A DNA stretch of 64,000 bases from Obrimoposthia wandeli (taxonomy: Eukaryota): NCBI GenBank assembly GCA_977020255.1, contig CDROCS010000506.1, forward strand, positions 1,302,001-1,366,000, read 5' to 3'. Every line of letters begins with the position of its first letter. The stretch's first letter is position 1. The position numbers and the translations under genes were made by a program. The notes under the pieces are model-generated. The model ran no database searches. It worked only from the letters and a program-made list of their open reading frames with translations, and was not told where the DNA came from. Positions 1 through 9,879 of the stretch are shown one piece after another.

Positions 1-215
1 GAATCAGGTGGTCCTCATTTGTATGTCGGTATCCCATGTCCCTACTAAGTGGTATATGGTTTCTTACGTAAGAAAGCTTTCAATAGAGTTAATGATATAA
101 TAGATGGCTTTTCTTTTTTTCTAATAACTCTTAATAATTTAATACACAGAATATTTTTAAGTTTTTAATTTAAGGATATTTTCAATTATTAAATTTAGTT
201 GTAATAAGGTTTCTC

Positions 216-1770
216 ATGAAAAAAATACTCATCACCTTAGCTATTTTAGCTGCCTCATCTCTTAATTTTGCAATGGCTGAAAAAGGGGACATTTGCACAA
301 ACTGCCCAGATCTTCTACCGATAAAAGACGCAAGTAAATTTGTAGATGGTGACTACTATACTAAATCCTTCAATGCCGTAAACTCTGCTCAAGCAATCTT
401 TCGAGCCGCTTTAATTGAAGATATTTCAGCAGGTCAGAAGCAACTTAGCTATAACGAAGCATGGACTGCGCTAACTCACACAGATGAAGATCCAACGGAC
501 CCTAATAATATAATATTATTATACCGTGGCGATTCAATACCAAAAAACCATAACGCGTCAACCAAACCCGCAGATGTTCCTCAGTCAGAGTTTAACGATT
601 ACTGGAATAGAGAACATGTTTGGGCTAAAAGCCATGGTTTCCCAAATCCAAATCAGCGTGGTTATACAGATATACATCACTTACGCCCTTCAGATCAAAC
701 AGTAAACACGGCACGTAATAACAAGGATTTCGATGCTGGCGGTACACCAAATGCTGAAACAAATATCAATTTTTCAACATCCACAACTTGGGAACCAAGA
801 GATGCTGTGAAAGGCGATGTAGCTCGAATGATGCTATATATGGATGTACGTTATGACGTCGGCACTGCATCAGGAATGCCTGATCTTGTTCTTGTAAATA
901 AAACAGGAACAGTTTCAAGTAAGCTTGAAGATGGTCCAGCTGAATTCGGTAAGCTGTGTACCTTAATCACGTGGAACTACGATGATCATGTAGATGACTT
1001 AGAAAGAGCGCGCAATAACGCTATTTATGAGTATCAAGGTAACCGAAATCCATTTATTGATCATAATGAGTGGGTTGATGTTATTTATAAAGATGTTTGT
1101 TCAGGAATCACGGTCCCTTTATCTATTACAATTGATGAAATTGATGAAGTTACTGAAAAAACAAAAATCACATTAAAAACTAATGCAAATGAACCCGGGG
1201 CTTTAACCTACAGCTGGACTCAAAAATCAGGGTCACCAACAGTAACGCTTGATACTACGGTTGCAGGATCTGCAAGTTTCACAGCTCCAGATATTCCAGA
1301 TACAGAGTCTGCTGAATTCGAATTTGAAGTTATTGTCACGAATGCAGATAAAGATACAGCTAAAGATATAGTTAAACTAACTGTCAAAGATATAAATTAC
1401 ACTTCAACGTTTGATATCTCGATTGCTGATGCTGAAGATAAGATTGAAGGTCAGCTTGTTTCTTTAACCGTAAGTAGCCAAGTAGATAATGTTCGTTATT
1501 ACTGGAAACAACTATCAGGCCCTTCAATTTCAATTATAAACCCTTATAAATCAGCGCAATTAAATTCTGCACCGCGCGTGTGGAGAAAAAGAATCAGCTT
1601 CAACCCGAGTTGACTACAAATGATTACTAATGGGCAATCACATCAAAGCGGTCAGTTTCAATGTTGCTCCAACAAATAGCACGTCTGATAGCAGTAGCGG
1701 TGGTTCATTTAGTATCTTTGGTGTTTTATCGCTACTTGGTCTAGGTTTTCTACGTCGTAAAACTAAATAA
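216..1770 (+). CDS. Secreted endonuclease I family nuclease with PKD/K319-like domains and C-terminal GlyGly-CTERM anchor; frameshifted near 1550-1640
   Basis: Signal peptide; motifs WNREHVWAKSHGFP, TDIHHLRP, KGDVARMMLYMDVRY, GNRNPFIDH. ORF stops at 1613, but another frame (1630-1770) reads ...SSSGGSFSIFGVLSLLGLGFLRRKTK*, a typical GlyGly-CTERM tail. Confidence 0.88.
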
Positions 1771-1819
1771 GTAATGCTTGCTTGATTCAAAAATAATGAA
1801 TAATTAAAAACAATGTAAC

Positions 1820-1854
1820 AAAAAGGCGAATAAACACTGTTTATTTGCCTTTTT
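1820..1854. terminator. Bidirectional intrinsic terminator between the nuclease gene and ushA
   Basis: AAAAAGGCGAATAAAC-ACT-GTTTATTTGCCTTTTT inverted repeat with A and T tails between convergent genes. Confidence 0.8.
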
Positions 1855-1903
1855 AATCATTTCATTTTATAACATAAATTTATAGCAAAACTACACCGTA
1901 ATA

Positions 1904-3558
1904 TTATTTATAAAGCATGTCATTTTTCGGATCGAAATCAGCAACGTTAATCGGTGAGTTTGCTTCGATGTATTCTTTCAATACTTCGGCATCAACATAA
2001 CCCGTGTTAACAAAAGCTGAGTGCGTCGATATTTTTGGATAACCATCACCACCAGCGGCGTTAAACGATGGAATAGTGAAACGGTATGACTTCGCTAAAT
2101 CAATAACACCTGCCTGCCACAATACCACGACTTGTTAACACTTGGCCGCTTGCTTACCAGCAATCTGTCGAGACTAAGCCCAGTGCGAATGCCGAGTCTT
2201 TCTGCATCGTACCAACGACGTTTAAGTAATCCATTACCTCGCTGCCTGTCATATCAACATAGGTGATGATATTTGCTGGCTTTGGCTGTACACCGTTATC
2301 ATACGTCTTTATATGTAATGTACTGCCTCGGATTGACGCTCGTACCCCGAGTTCAGCGCTTTAGCGCGCTGCATGTATGGTGTGCAGGTTGCGGTAATTA
2401 AACGCCTAGGTTAGTGGTTAAGTTTATTACGTGCAGCCATCACGGTCACCTTGCAACAAACCATTAGAATCACCAATCTTAATATTTAATGCGCCTTGGC
2501 CTTTTTCTTGAAACGGTTTTAAAGTTGCAAGCACTGTCGGATCTTCAACAATCTCGTCTTGGATAAACACACGTGTTTTCTTACCGTCAACTTTCACTTT
2601 TTTCTTTAAGTTAACCGGAATAAGCTTGTAAGAGGTGTGATTCAGCAAATTTTGAAGATGTAATTCGGCCCTACCGTATATTACCCATTCGTGAGCTTGG
2701 ACCGTCGTGCCATTTTGCACATCGAGATTGTACAGAATCTATGGCTGGTTTGAAGTTTGCGTATTCTGCGCCTTCCATACACACAGGTTCTTGTGAATGA
2801 CCGCCGACGATCATATCTAAATCACCTTCATTTAAGTAACGCGCTAACTGTACATCACCCGGAGCATTTGAACCGTTATCACCGTTTAGGTAATGGCCCA
2901 TGTGCGTTGCAGCAATAATCACATCTGGATTTTCTGTTGCTTTCAATTCAGCAATGATGGCTTTCGCTTCCACTTTCGGATCGCGGAACTCTAGTTCACT
3001 GATAAATTCAGGATTACCAATCTTGGCAGTATCTTCCGTTGTTAAACCGATAACAGCGATCTTGATACCGTCTTTATTAAAGATCTTGTAAGCGTCGAAC
3101 ATGCGCTCGCCATCTTTATAGATATTGGCAGAGATGAACGGGAAGTTTGCCCAGCCTTCTTGCTTCGCTAGTACATCAAGTGAGTTATCAAATTCATGAT
3201 TGCCTAATGTCATCGCATCGTAACCAATCATGTTCATGCCGATAAAATCAGGTTCAGCGTCTTGCAAATCTGATTCAGGTACACCGGTATTAATATCGCC
3301 ACCAGAGAGTAATAATACAGAGCCACCTTCAGACTTTACTTCAGCGCGAATGCTATTGATAAGGGTTGCACGTGCAGCCATACCACGCTCACCGTATTTG
3401 TTCTGCCAGAAATTACCGTGGTTATCATTGGTGTGCAGGATCGTCAGATTATATTCTTTATCTTGTGTCCATTCGTGTTGCGGTTGTTGGTCTGCTGTAG
3501 CGCAACCTGTTGCAATAGCAATTGTTAAAGCAGAAAGTGCTATGTTTTTAAGTTTCAT
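1904..3558 (-). pseudogene. ushA: 5'-nucleotidase/UDP-sugar hydrolase lipoprotein; fragmented by many indels between about 2100 and 2750 (probably sequence error)
   Basis: Lipobox IATGC; LHTNDNHG, GDINTG, GNHEFD, GGHSQ metallophosphoesterase motifs; YKLIPVNLKKK fragment (2427-2720); C-terminus YRFTIPSFNAAGGDGYPK (1904-2128). Confidence 0.88.
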
Positions 3559-3587
3559 ATAATTATCCGTAATCAGGGGGGCAAGAC

Positions 3588-3622
3588 AAAAAAATACCCA
3601 TCAACACATTGCTGACAGGTAT
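3588..3622 (-). terminator. Intrinsic terminator of the opp operon
   Basis: Minus strand ATACCTGTCAGCA-ATG-TGTTGATGGGTAT (13-bp stem with 3 G-U pairs) followed by a T-run. Confidence 0.65.
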
Positions 3623-3679
3623 AGAATATTATAACTATTTTATATTATGAGACTGTTAATCAGCTCATACGCCAAAGAT

Positions 3680-4768
3680 CTAAGCTACGAGCAAACAAGC
3701 GACAGAATGTTGTTCATCACCGGCTAACGTCGGCTTCGTCTCTGCACAACTTGCTTTAGCCACAGGGCAACGCGTACGGAACACACAACCTGATGGCGGA
3801 TTAAGTGGTGAAGGTAAGTCACCCTCTAACATTTCAATTTTCTTCTGACGTTCCAGTATAGGATCTGGGATCGGTACTGCAGACATCAAGGCTTTAGTGT
3901 ATGGATGTTTAGGCTCTGCGAACAAAGCTTTTGATTCACCCAGTTCCACTGCATTACCCAGATACATCACTAATACACGATCTGAAATGTGTTTCACAAT
4001 CGATAAATCATGGGCAATAAAGATCAGGCTTAAACCCAGTTCTTTTTGCAATGATTGTAATAAGTTAACTACCTGCGCTTGAATCGATACGTCCAATGCC
4101 GATACCGGTTCATCACAGATAATCATCTTAGGTTTCAAGATAAGTGCACGGGCAATACCAATACGCTGACACTGACCACCAGAGAACTCATGTGGGTAAC
4201 GGTTGATCACGTTTGGTAGTAAGCCTACCTTAGTCATCATGTCCTTCACCTGTTCTTTTACTTCCTCTTTAGTAAGACGAGGGAAGAAAGTACGTAGTGG
4301 CTCAGCAATAATATCACCGACCGTCATACGCGGGTTAAGCGACGCTAACGGATCTTGGAAAATCATTTGAATTTCTTTGCGTTTTTCACGCATTTCATTG
4401 TGCGGTAAACGCGTCAAATCTTGACCTAACCACACAACATTACCTTCAGCTGCTGGCACTAAGCCAATAAGTGCACGGGCAAAGGTTGATTTACCACAAC
4501 CTGATTCCCCTACTACACCCAGCGTTTCGCCTTCGTATAACTTAATACTCACACCATCAACCGCTTTAAGAGGTAGCGGTGGCGCCCAAGGCCATAATGA
4601 TTTTGACGGAATATCAAACTGAACTTTCAAGTTATTCACTTCGAGTAACAGTTCTTTCTTTACTGTTTGTACAGCAACTTTCTGTTGTTTTGTTGCTACA
4701 CCCGGCTCTGTTGCCGATTCCTTTGCAACGGTTTGTTTTTCAACTGTTTGTTTTTCAATAATAGTCAT
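3680..4768 (-). CDS. oppF: Oligopeptide ABC transporter ATP-binding protein OppF (start reassigned to 4768 or 4774)
   Basis: Walker [21 protein letters not shown]-terminal GCVFRTRCP; TAATG overlap with the oppD stop. Confidence 0.93.
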   Translation of the reverse strand: MTIIEKQTVEKQTVAKESATEPGVATKQQKVAVQTVKKELLLEVNNLKVQFDIPSKSLWPWAPPLPLKAVDGVSIKLYEGETLGVVGESGCGKSTFARALIGLVPAAEGNVVWLGQDLTRLPHNEMREKRKEIQMIFQDPLASLNPRMTVGDIIAEPLRTFFPRLTKEEVKEQVKDMMTKVGLLPNVINRYPHEFSGGQCQRIGIARALILKPKMIICDEPVSALDVSIQAQVVNLLQSLQKELGLSLIFIAHDLSIVKHISDRVLVMYLGNAVELGESKALFAEPKHPYTKALMSAVPIPDPILERQKKIEMLEGDLPSPLNPPSGCVFRTRCPVAKASCAETKPTLAGDEQHSVACLLVA

Positions 4769-5733
4769 TACCATGTCTCCTGATCTGAGAAGCAGGCACG
4801 TAAACGGTCGCCAGCAAATGGGAGTAATTGTGGTGGTGCTTGCGTGCAATTATCTTGTGCACGATGACAACGCTCGTGATACGCACACCCTTTTGGCAGG
4901 GATAACATGTTCGGTGGATTACCCGGAATAGTCGGTAAAATATCACCTTCAGTATCTAAACGTGGAATCGACTTCAGCAGCCCTTCTGTATAAGGGTGGC
5001 TTGGTGTATAGAAGATATCATTAACTTTGCCATACTCCATTGTACGACCCGCATACATCACCAATACTTTGTCACAACTACCAGCAACTACACCTAAATC
5101 ATGGGTGATCATAATAATCGCGGTATTAAACTTATCTTTTAATTCATTCAACAGTTGCATGATCTGCGCTTGAATCGTTACGTCCAATGCGGTTGTTGGT
5201 TCATCAGCAATCAGTAATTTAGGACGACATAACAACGCCATCGCAATCATTACACGTTGGCGCATGCCACCCGAGAATTCATGTGGGTACATATTAATAC
5301 GCATACGCGCTTCTGGGATCTTTACCGATTCCAGCATGAATACTGATTCTTCAAACGCTTCTTTACGTGACATACCTTTATGATGAATAAGCACTTCCAT
5401 CATCTGTTCACTGACCTTCATATAAGGGTTCAATGATGTCATTGGGTCTTGGAAAATCATCGCAATTTGTTCTGCACGCACATGGTTAAGTTCTTTTTCC
5501 GGTAAATTTAAAATTTCTTTACCTTCGAACTTAGCACTACCAGTAATGATACCGTTTTTTGCCAGCAATCCCATGATCGCAAATACGGTCTGAGATTTAC
5601 CCGAACCAGATTCGCCAACAATACCCAGTGTTTCACCTGGGTTTAGAGAGAAATTTAAATCATTAACCGCAGTTACATTACCGTCTTGGGTAGTAAACTC
5701 AACGCGTAGGTCTTTAACATCTAGTAAACTCAT
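4768..5733 (-). CDS. oppD: Oligopeptide ABC transporter ATP-binding protein OppD
   Basis: [26 protein letters not shown]; position in opp operon. Confidence 0.95.
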   Translation of the reverse strand: MSLLDVKDLRVEFTTQDGNVTAVNDLNFSLNPGETLGIVGESGSGKSQTVFAIMGLLAKNGIITGSAKFEGKEILNLPEKELNHVRAEQIAMIFQDPMTSLNPYMKVSEQMMEVLIHHKGMSRKEAFEESVFMLESVKIPEARMRINMYPHEFSGGMRQRVMIAMALLCRPKLLIADEPTTALDVTIQAQIMQLLNELKDKFNTAIIMITHDLGVVAGSCDKVLVMYAGRTMEYGKVNDIFYTPSHPYTEGLLKSIPRLDTEGDILPTIPGNPPNMLSLPKGCAYHERCHRAQDNCTQAPPQLLPFAGDRLRACFSDQETW

Positions 5734-5797
5734 TCTGACATCCTTAATCTTGTTCTAGCGCTACATCTAACTGTGTAGTCAGCAATATATTTTACGC

Positions 5798-5840
5798 TAG
5801 AATGGCTTAAATTAGGTTCTGCTCACTTTAAGCCATTCTA
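5798..5840. other. Intercistronic stem-loop between oppC and oppD
   Basis: Perfect 14-bp inverted repeat TAGAATGGCTTAAA / TTTAAGCCATTCTA. Confidence 0.7.
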
Positions 5841-5848
5841 TTTAGCAA

Positions 5849-6751
5849 TTATCTGTCTTTTGGATCAAGCGCGTCACGTAGACCATCGCCAACATAGTTA
5901 AAGCAAAATAGAGTGACAACCATGAACAACGCAGGGAAACCTAATTGCCAAATCGCAATTTCCATCGTTTGTGCACCTTCTTGCAATAACGCTCCCCAAC
6001 TAGTCATAGGCTCTTGCACGCCTAAGCCAAGGAAGCTAAGAAAAGATTCAGTTAAAATCATGCTTGGAATAAGCAACGTTGAGTACACGGCAACAATACC
6101 TAATACATTCGGTACAATGTGACGCGTAATAATGCCCCACTTGCTCACGCCACATACATGTGCCGCTTCAATGAACTCTTTACCACGTAAGCTTAACGTT
6201 TGACCACGGACAATACGCGCCATATCTAGCCACGCAATCGCACCAATAGCGATAAAGATTAAGATAATGTCACGACCAAAGAAAGTCACTAATACGATAA
6301 CCAAAAACATGAACGGTATAGCGTAAAGGATTTCTAGAACACGCATCATTACACGGTCAGTTTTGCCACCGATAAAGCCAGATGCAGCGCCGTATAAAGT
6401 ACCGATAAGCACAGCAACGAATGCGCCCATCACACCAACCATCATCGAAATACGACCACCAATAAAGGTACGTACCAGTAAATCACGTCCTAAACTGTCA
6501 GTACCGAACCAATGGTCCGCTGATGGCGCTGCATGCATTGCATACCAATCGGTATCATCAAATGCATATTGGCTAAACATCGGCACGAAGATCACTGAAA
6601 GCGTGATCAGAAATAAGATGAACAAGCTCACCATAGCGGCTTTATTACGCATAAATCGAATACGCGCATCCTGCCATAAACTACGGCCTTCAATCTCTAA
6701 ATTTGTCGAGAAGTTGTTTAACGCTTCGACTTTTGCTGTTTTAGATAACAT
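5849..6751 (-). CDS. oppC: Oligopeptide ABC permease OppC
   Basis: EIEGRSLWQDA, HWFGTDSLGRD, EAA motif (KEFIEAAHVCG), [11 protein letters not shown]; start MLSK at 6751 after a purine-rich SD. Confidence 0.95.
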   Translation of the reverse strand: MLSKTAKVEALNNFSTNLEIEGRSLWQDARIRFMRNKAAMVSLFILFLITLSVIFVPMFSQYAFDDTDWYAMHAAPSADHWFGTDSLGRDLLVRTFIGGRISMMVGVMGAFVAVLIGTLYGAASGFIGGKTDRVMMRVLEILYAIPFMFLVIVLVTFFGRDIILIFIAIGAIAWLDMARIVRGQTLSLRGKEFIEAAHVCGVSKWGIITRHIVPNVLGIVAVYSTLLIPSMILTESFLSFLGLGVQEPMTSWGALLQEGAQTMEIAIWQLGFPALFMVVTLFCFNYVGDGLRDALDPKDR

Positions 6752-6761
6752 ACCTAATCCC

Positions 6762-7682
6762 TTAGTAACGAATTTTCGGATCAACATAAGCAAGTAGAAT
6801 ATCGACTACTGCATTGAATAAGATAAACAAGAATCCGATGAGGATCGTGACACCCATAACCAAAGAGTAATCACGGTTAAATGCCGCATTTACAAACAGC
6901 TTACCAATCCCTGGTAAACCAAAAATTGTTTCAATGACCACTGAACCGGTGATGATGCCAACGAAAGCTGGACCCATATATGAAACTACAGGTAACATCG
7001 CTGGTTTCAATGCATGTTTCATTACTATGTATGGGAAACTCAAGCCTTTCGAACGCGCAGTACGAATAAAGTTACTGTTCATGGTTTCAATCATGCTACC
7101 GCGGGTAATACGCGCGAAAGTAGCAACATATAACATCGACATACCTAATACCGGTAAAACCATGTATTTCAGCGAACCATCTAACCAACCACCAGCAGGG
7201 AACCAGCCAAGGTCAATCGAGAATAAGTAAATAAGCGCGGGTGCGAGTACAAAGGAAGGCAGTACGACCCCGATCATGGCGGTGGACATAATACTGTAGT
7301 CTAACCACGTATTTTGATTTAAAGCAGCTATGGTGCCGACGAAGACGCCGAATACCAGTGCGAATACAAAGGCAAAAGCACCGATTTTTGCTGATACCGG
7401 TAATGCCGAAGCAACCAGTTCATTTACGGTAAAATCTTTGTATTTAAAAGAAGGACCTAAGTCACCTTGAATGACATTAGTAAGGTATGTGGTGTATTGC
7501 TCAAGTACTGGCTTGTCTAAACCATACTTAGCATTAATATTTGCCATCACTTGTGGCGGCAGTGTTCTTTCGCTTGAAAATGGGCTACCAGGGGCGAAGC
7601 GCATAAGGAAAAAAGACACGGTGATCAATACCAGCATCGTTGGTATTGCTTCTAGAATTCGTTTTAAGATGAATTTAAGCAT
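6762..7682 (-). CDS. oppB: Oligopeptide ABC permease OppB
   Basis: MLKFILKRILEAIPT, GDLGPSFKY, FIRTARSKG, YVDPKIRY. Confidence 0.95.
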   Translation of the reverse strand: MLKFILKRILEAIPTMLVLITVSFFLMRFAPGSPFSSERTLPPQVMANINAKYGLDKPVLEQYTTYLTNVIQGDLGPSFKYKDFTVNELVASALPVSAKIGAFAFVFALVFGVFVGTIAALNQNTWLDYSIMSTAMIGVVLPSFVLAPALIYLFSIDLGWFPAGGWLDGSLKYMVLPVLGMSMLYVATFARITRGSMIETMNSNFIRTARSKGLSFPYIVMKHALKPAMLPVVSYMGPAFVGIITGSVVIETIFGLPGIGKLFVNAAFNRDYSLVMGVTILIGFLFILFNAVVDILLAYVDPKIRY

Positions 7683-7720
7683 AATCTAACTCAATCTATG
7701 ACAATTTAAAAATGAAGAAT

Positions 7721-7746
7721 ACTGCATGCGAGATCACGCATGCAGT
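7721..7746. other. Intercistronic stem-loop between oppA and oppB
   Basis: Perfect 10-bp stem ACTGCATGCG / CGCATGCAGT. Confidence 0.7.
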
Positions 7747-7792
7747 TGGTATAAATACTATTGATAGATAAAATTAATAGTATGGAAAACGT

Positions 7793-9424
7793 TTACTCGG
7801 CGATGATGTACATATCTTTAGAGTAAAGTTGATCTTGTGCGTTATTTTCCGCATAGCCGCCCACATGTGGGTTAACTAAACGTGCTGTAACGTACTGATA
7901 GATAGGTGCGATTGGCATGTCTTTCGTTAATAGTGCTTCTTGAGCATAATACAACTCTTGACGTTTCGCTTCAGACGTTGCTTTCACTGCATCTTTTGTT
8001 AGCTTGTCATATGCTGCGCTCTTATAGTGGATACCACCAGTCGTGTTGCTACCTTCCATTAATGAAGTGAATGTAGATGCTTCATTATAATCGCCACACC
8101 AACCAGCACGAGCGGCTTCAAAGTCACCCTGCTTTTTAGTTTCTAGGTAGCTTTTCCACTCTTGGTTTTCCAGTATTACTGATACACCTAAGTTTTTCTT
8201 CCACATAGACGCAATTGCAACTGCAATTTTCTTGTGATTTTCTGACGTGTTGTACAATAGGCTGAATTCTAATGGGTTTGACTTGTTGTAACCCGCTTCC
8301 GCTAACAACTCTTTCGCTTTTTCATTACGTTCTTTTTGCGTCAGTTTGCCATAAGCAGGTGTCTCAGGGCTAAAGTCAGCAACGATTTCAGGCGTTAAGA
8401 AGTAAGCTGGTTTCTGACCTTGACCAAGAATTGCGTTGGCAATGATATTACGATCAATAGAGTAAGAGATCGCTTTACGTACACGTACATCATCAAACGG
8501 TGGTTTATGTGTATTGAAGTTGTAGTAATAAGTACACAAGTTACCTTTGATTGCTACTGACTCTGCATGTTCTTTCTGTAAACGACGGAAATGTTCGTTT
8601 GGCAGTTCGTAAGTAAAGTCAATTTCGCCAGATAGGAAACGATTCATTTCCGCAACTTGGTTTTCAATTGGTAAGTAAGTCACTTTATTTAGTACTGTTT
8701 TTGCATTATCCCAGTACTGTTCATTACGTGTTAATTCTAGACGTTCGTTCACAACCCATTTGTTCACAACAAACGCACCATTACCAACGAAGTTTTCTGG
8801 TTTAGTCCATTTGTCACCGAATTTTTCTACGGTTGCTTTATGCACTGGCTTCATCGTTGTGTGAGCCATCATCTTAACGAAGTAAGGTACCGCAGTTTCA
8901 AGCGTCACTTCAAATGTGTTGGCATCAATTGCTTTAACACCCAAAGTAGACTTGTCTTTTTTACCGCCGATGATATCAGAAGCATTTACCATGGTAGTCA
9001 TATCTAGATACCATGAGTAAGGTGAAGCAGTAGCAGGATCAACCGCGCGTTGGAAGCTATATACAAAATCATCAGCCGTTACAGCATCGCCATTCGACCA
9101 TTTCGCATCCTTACGTAGGTAAAAAGTAAATACTTTATTATCTGTTGTTTCCCAACGTTCAGCCACACCTGGAATGGTAATACCATTTGCATCTTGGTTT
9201 ACAAGACCTTCAAGTAAATCACGTAATACGTGCGATTCAGGAACACCTTCCACTTTTTGTGGGTCTAACGACGCAACTTCGGTACCGTTACCACGAACAA
9301 GTTCTTGGATTTTAGCAAGTTTAACGCCGGCAGGAACTTCTGCAGCAGTAGCTGTGAGGGAAGTGGCAGCAAACGCAAGACCTGCGCTTAATAATAATGA
9401 TTGGGTGATTTTATTCTTTAACAT
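7793..9424 (-). CDS. oppA: Periplasmic oligopeptide-binding protein OppA
   Basis: Signal peptide; RGNGTEVASLDPQK, FYLRKDAKWSNGD, AGWCGDYNEASTF; GGAG SD before ATG at 9424. Confidence 0.95.
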   Translation of the reverse strand: MLKNKITQSLLLSAGLAFAATSLTATAAEVPAGVKLAKIQELVRGNGTEVASLDPQKVEGVPESHVLRDLLEGLVNQDANGITIPGVAERWETTDNKVFTFYLRKDAKWSNGDAVTADDFVYSFQRAVDPATASPYSWYLDMTTMVNASDIIGGKKDKSTLGVKAIDANTFEVTLETAVPYFVKMMAHTTMKPVHKATVEKFGDKWTKPENFVGNGAFVVNKWVVNERLELTRNEQYWDNAKTVLNKVTYLPIENQVAEMNRFLSGEIDFTYELPNEHFRRLQKEHAESVAIKGNLCTYYYNFNTHKPPFDDVRVRKAISYSIDRNIIANAILGQGQKPAYFLTPEIVADFSPETPAYGKLTQKERNEKAKELLAEAGYNKSNPLEFSLLYNTSENHKKIAVAIASMWKKNLGVSVILENQEWKSYLETKKQGDFEAARAGWCGDYNEASTFTSLMEGSNTTGGIHYKSAAYDKLTKDAVKATSEAKRQELYYAQEALLTKDMPIAPIYQYVTARLVNPHVGGYAENNAQDQLYSKDMYIIAE

Positions 9425-9746
9425 GTACAACTCCAGTACGACAATTACATCCATGACCTTTAAATTTGTTTTATATTTCAATTTTTGTTGAATTGAAATA
9501 CCAAGCATCTCTAAAGGAGTAGTATTTACAATACCAATTAATTCATTTAATTGCTATATATTCTAAACTATCATCAATCGACAACCGTTAATACCTACAA
9601 TACGACAATTGTTAAGATTAAGTATCTAAATGTGACCCTAATATACTTAATTGCCCCTCATTAGAATACATACTCAACAACTTCACAGTATTAATACTTA
9701 TGACTGACGGCTAATGTACTGAATTAATAGTTAAAACAGTTGTTAA

Positions 9747-9762
9747 TGTGAGAGAACTCACG
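9747..9762. promoter_or_regulatory. Putative CRP site in the oppA/lipase divergent region
   Basis: TGTGA-gagaac-TCACG, 9/10 match to TGTGA-N6-TCACA. Confidence 0.55.
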
Positions 9763-9798
9763 ATTTCTGTTTGTTTCGAAAACGAACACGGACAAATA

Positions 9799-9828
9799 TT
9801 GACACCTTCTAAAATGAACTTATATGCT
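9799..9828 (+). promoter_or_regulatory. Putative sigma70 promoter of the lipase operon
   Basis: TTGACA (9799-9804), 18-nt spacer, TATGCT (9823-9828). Confidence 0.45.
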
Positions 9829-9879
9829 CAACACCCAATCAAGACAGCCTGTCTCGATTGGTTACTTTGAGGATAACAA

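Noticed and set aside
1-48. Possible end of an upstream ORF (ESGGPHLYVGIPCPY*) or start of a minus-strand ORF
   Set aside because: Too short to assign; no recognisable motif in either reading.
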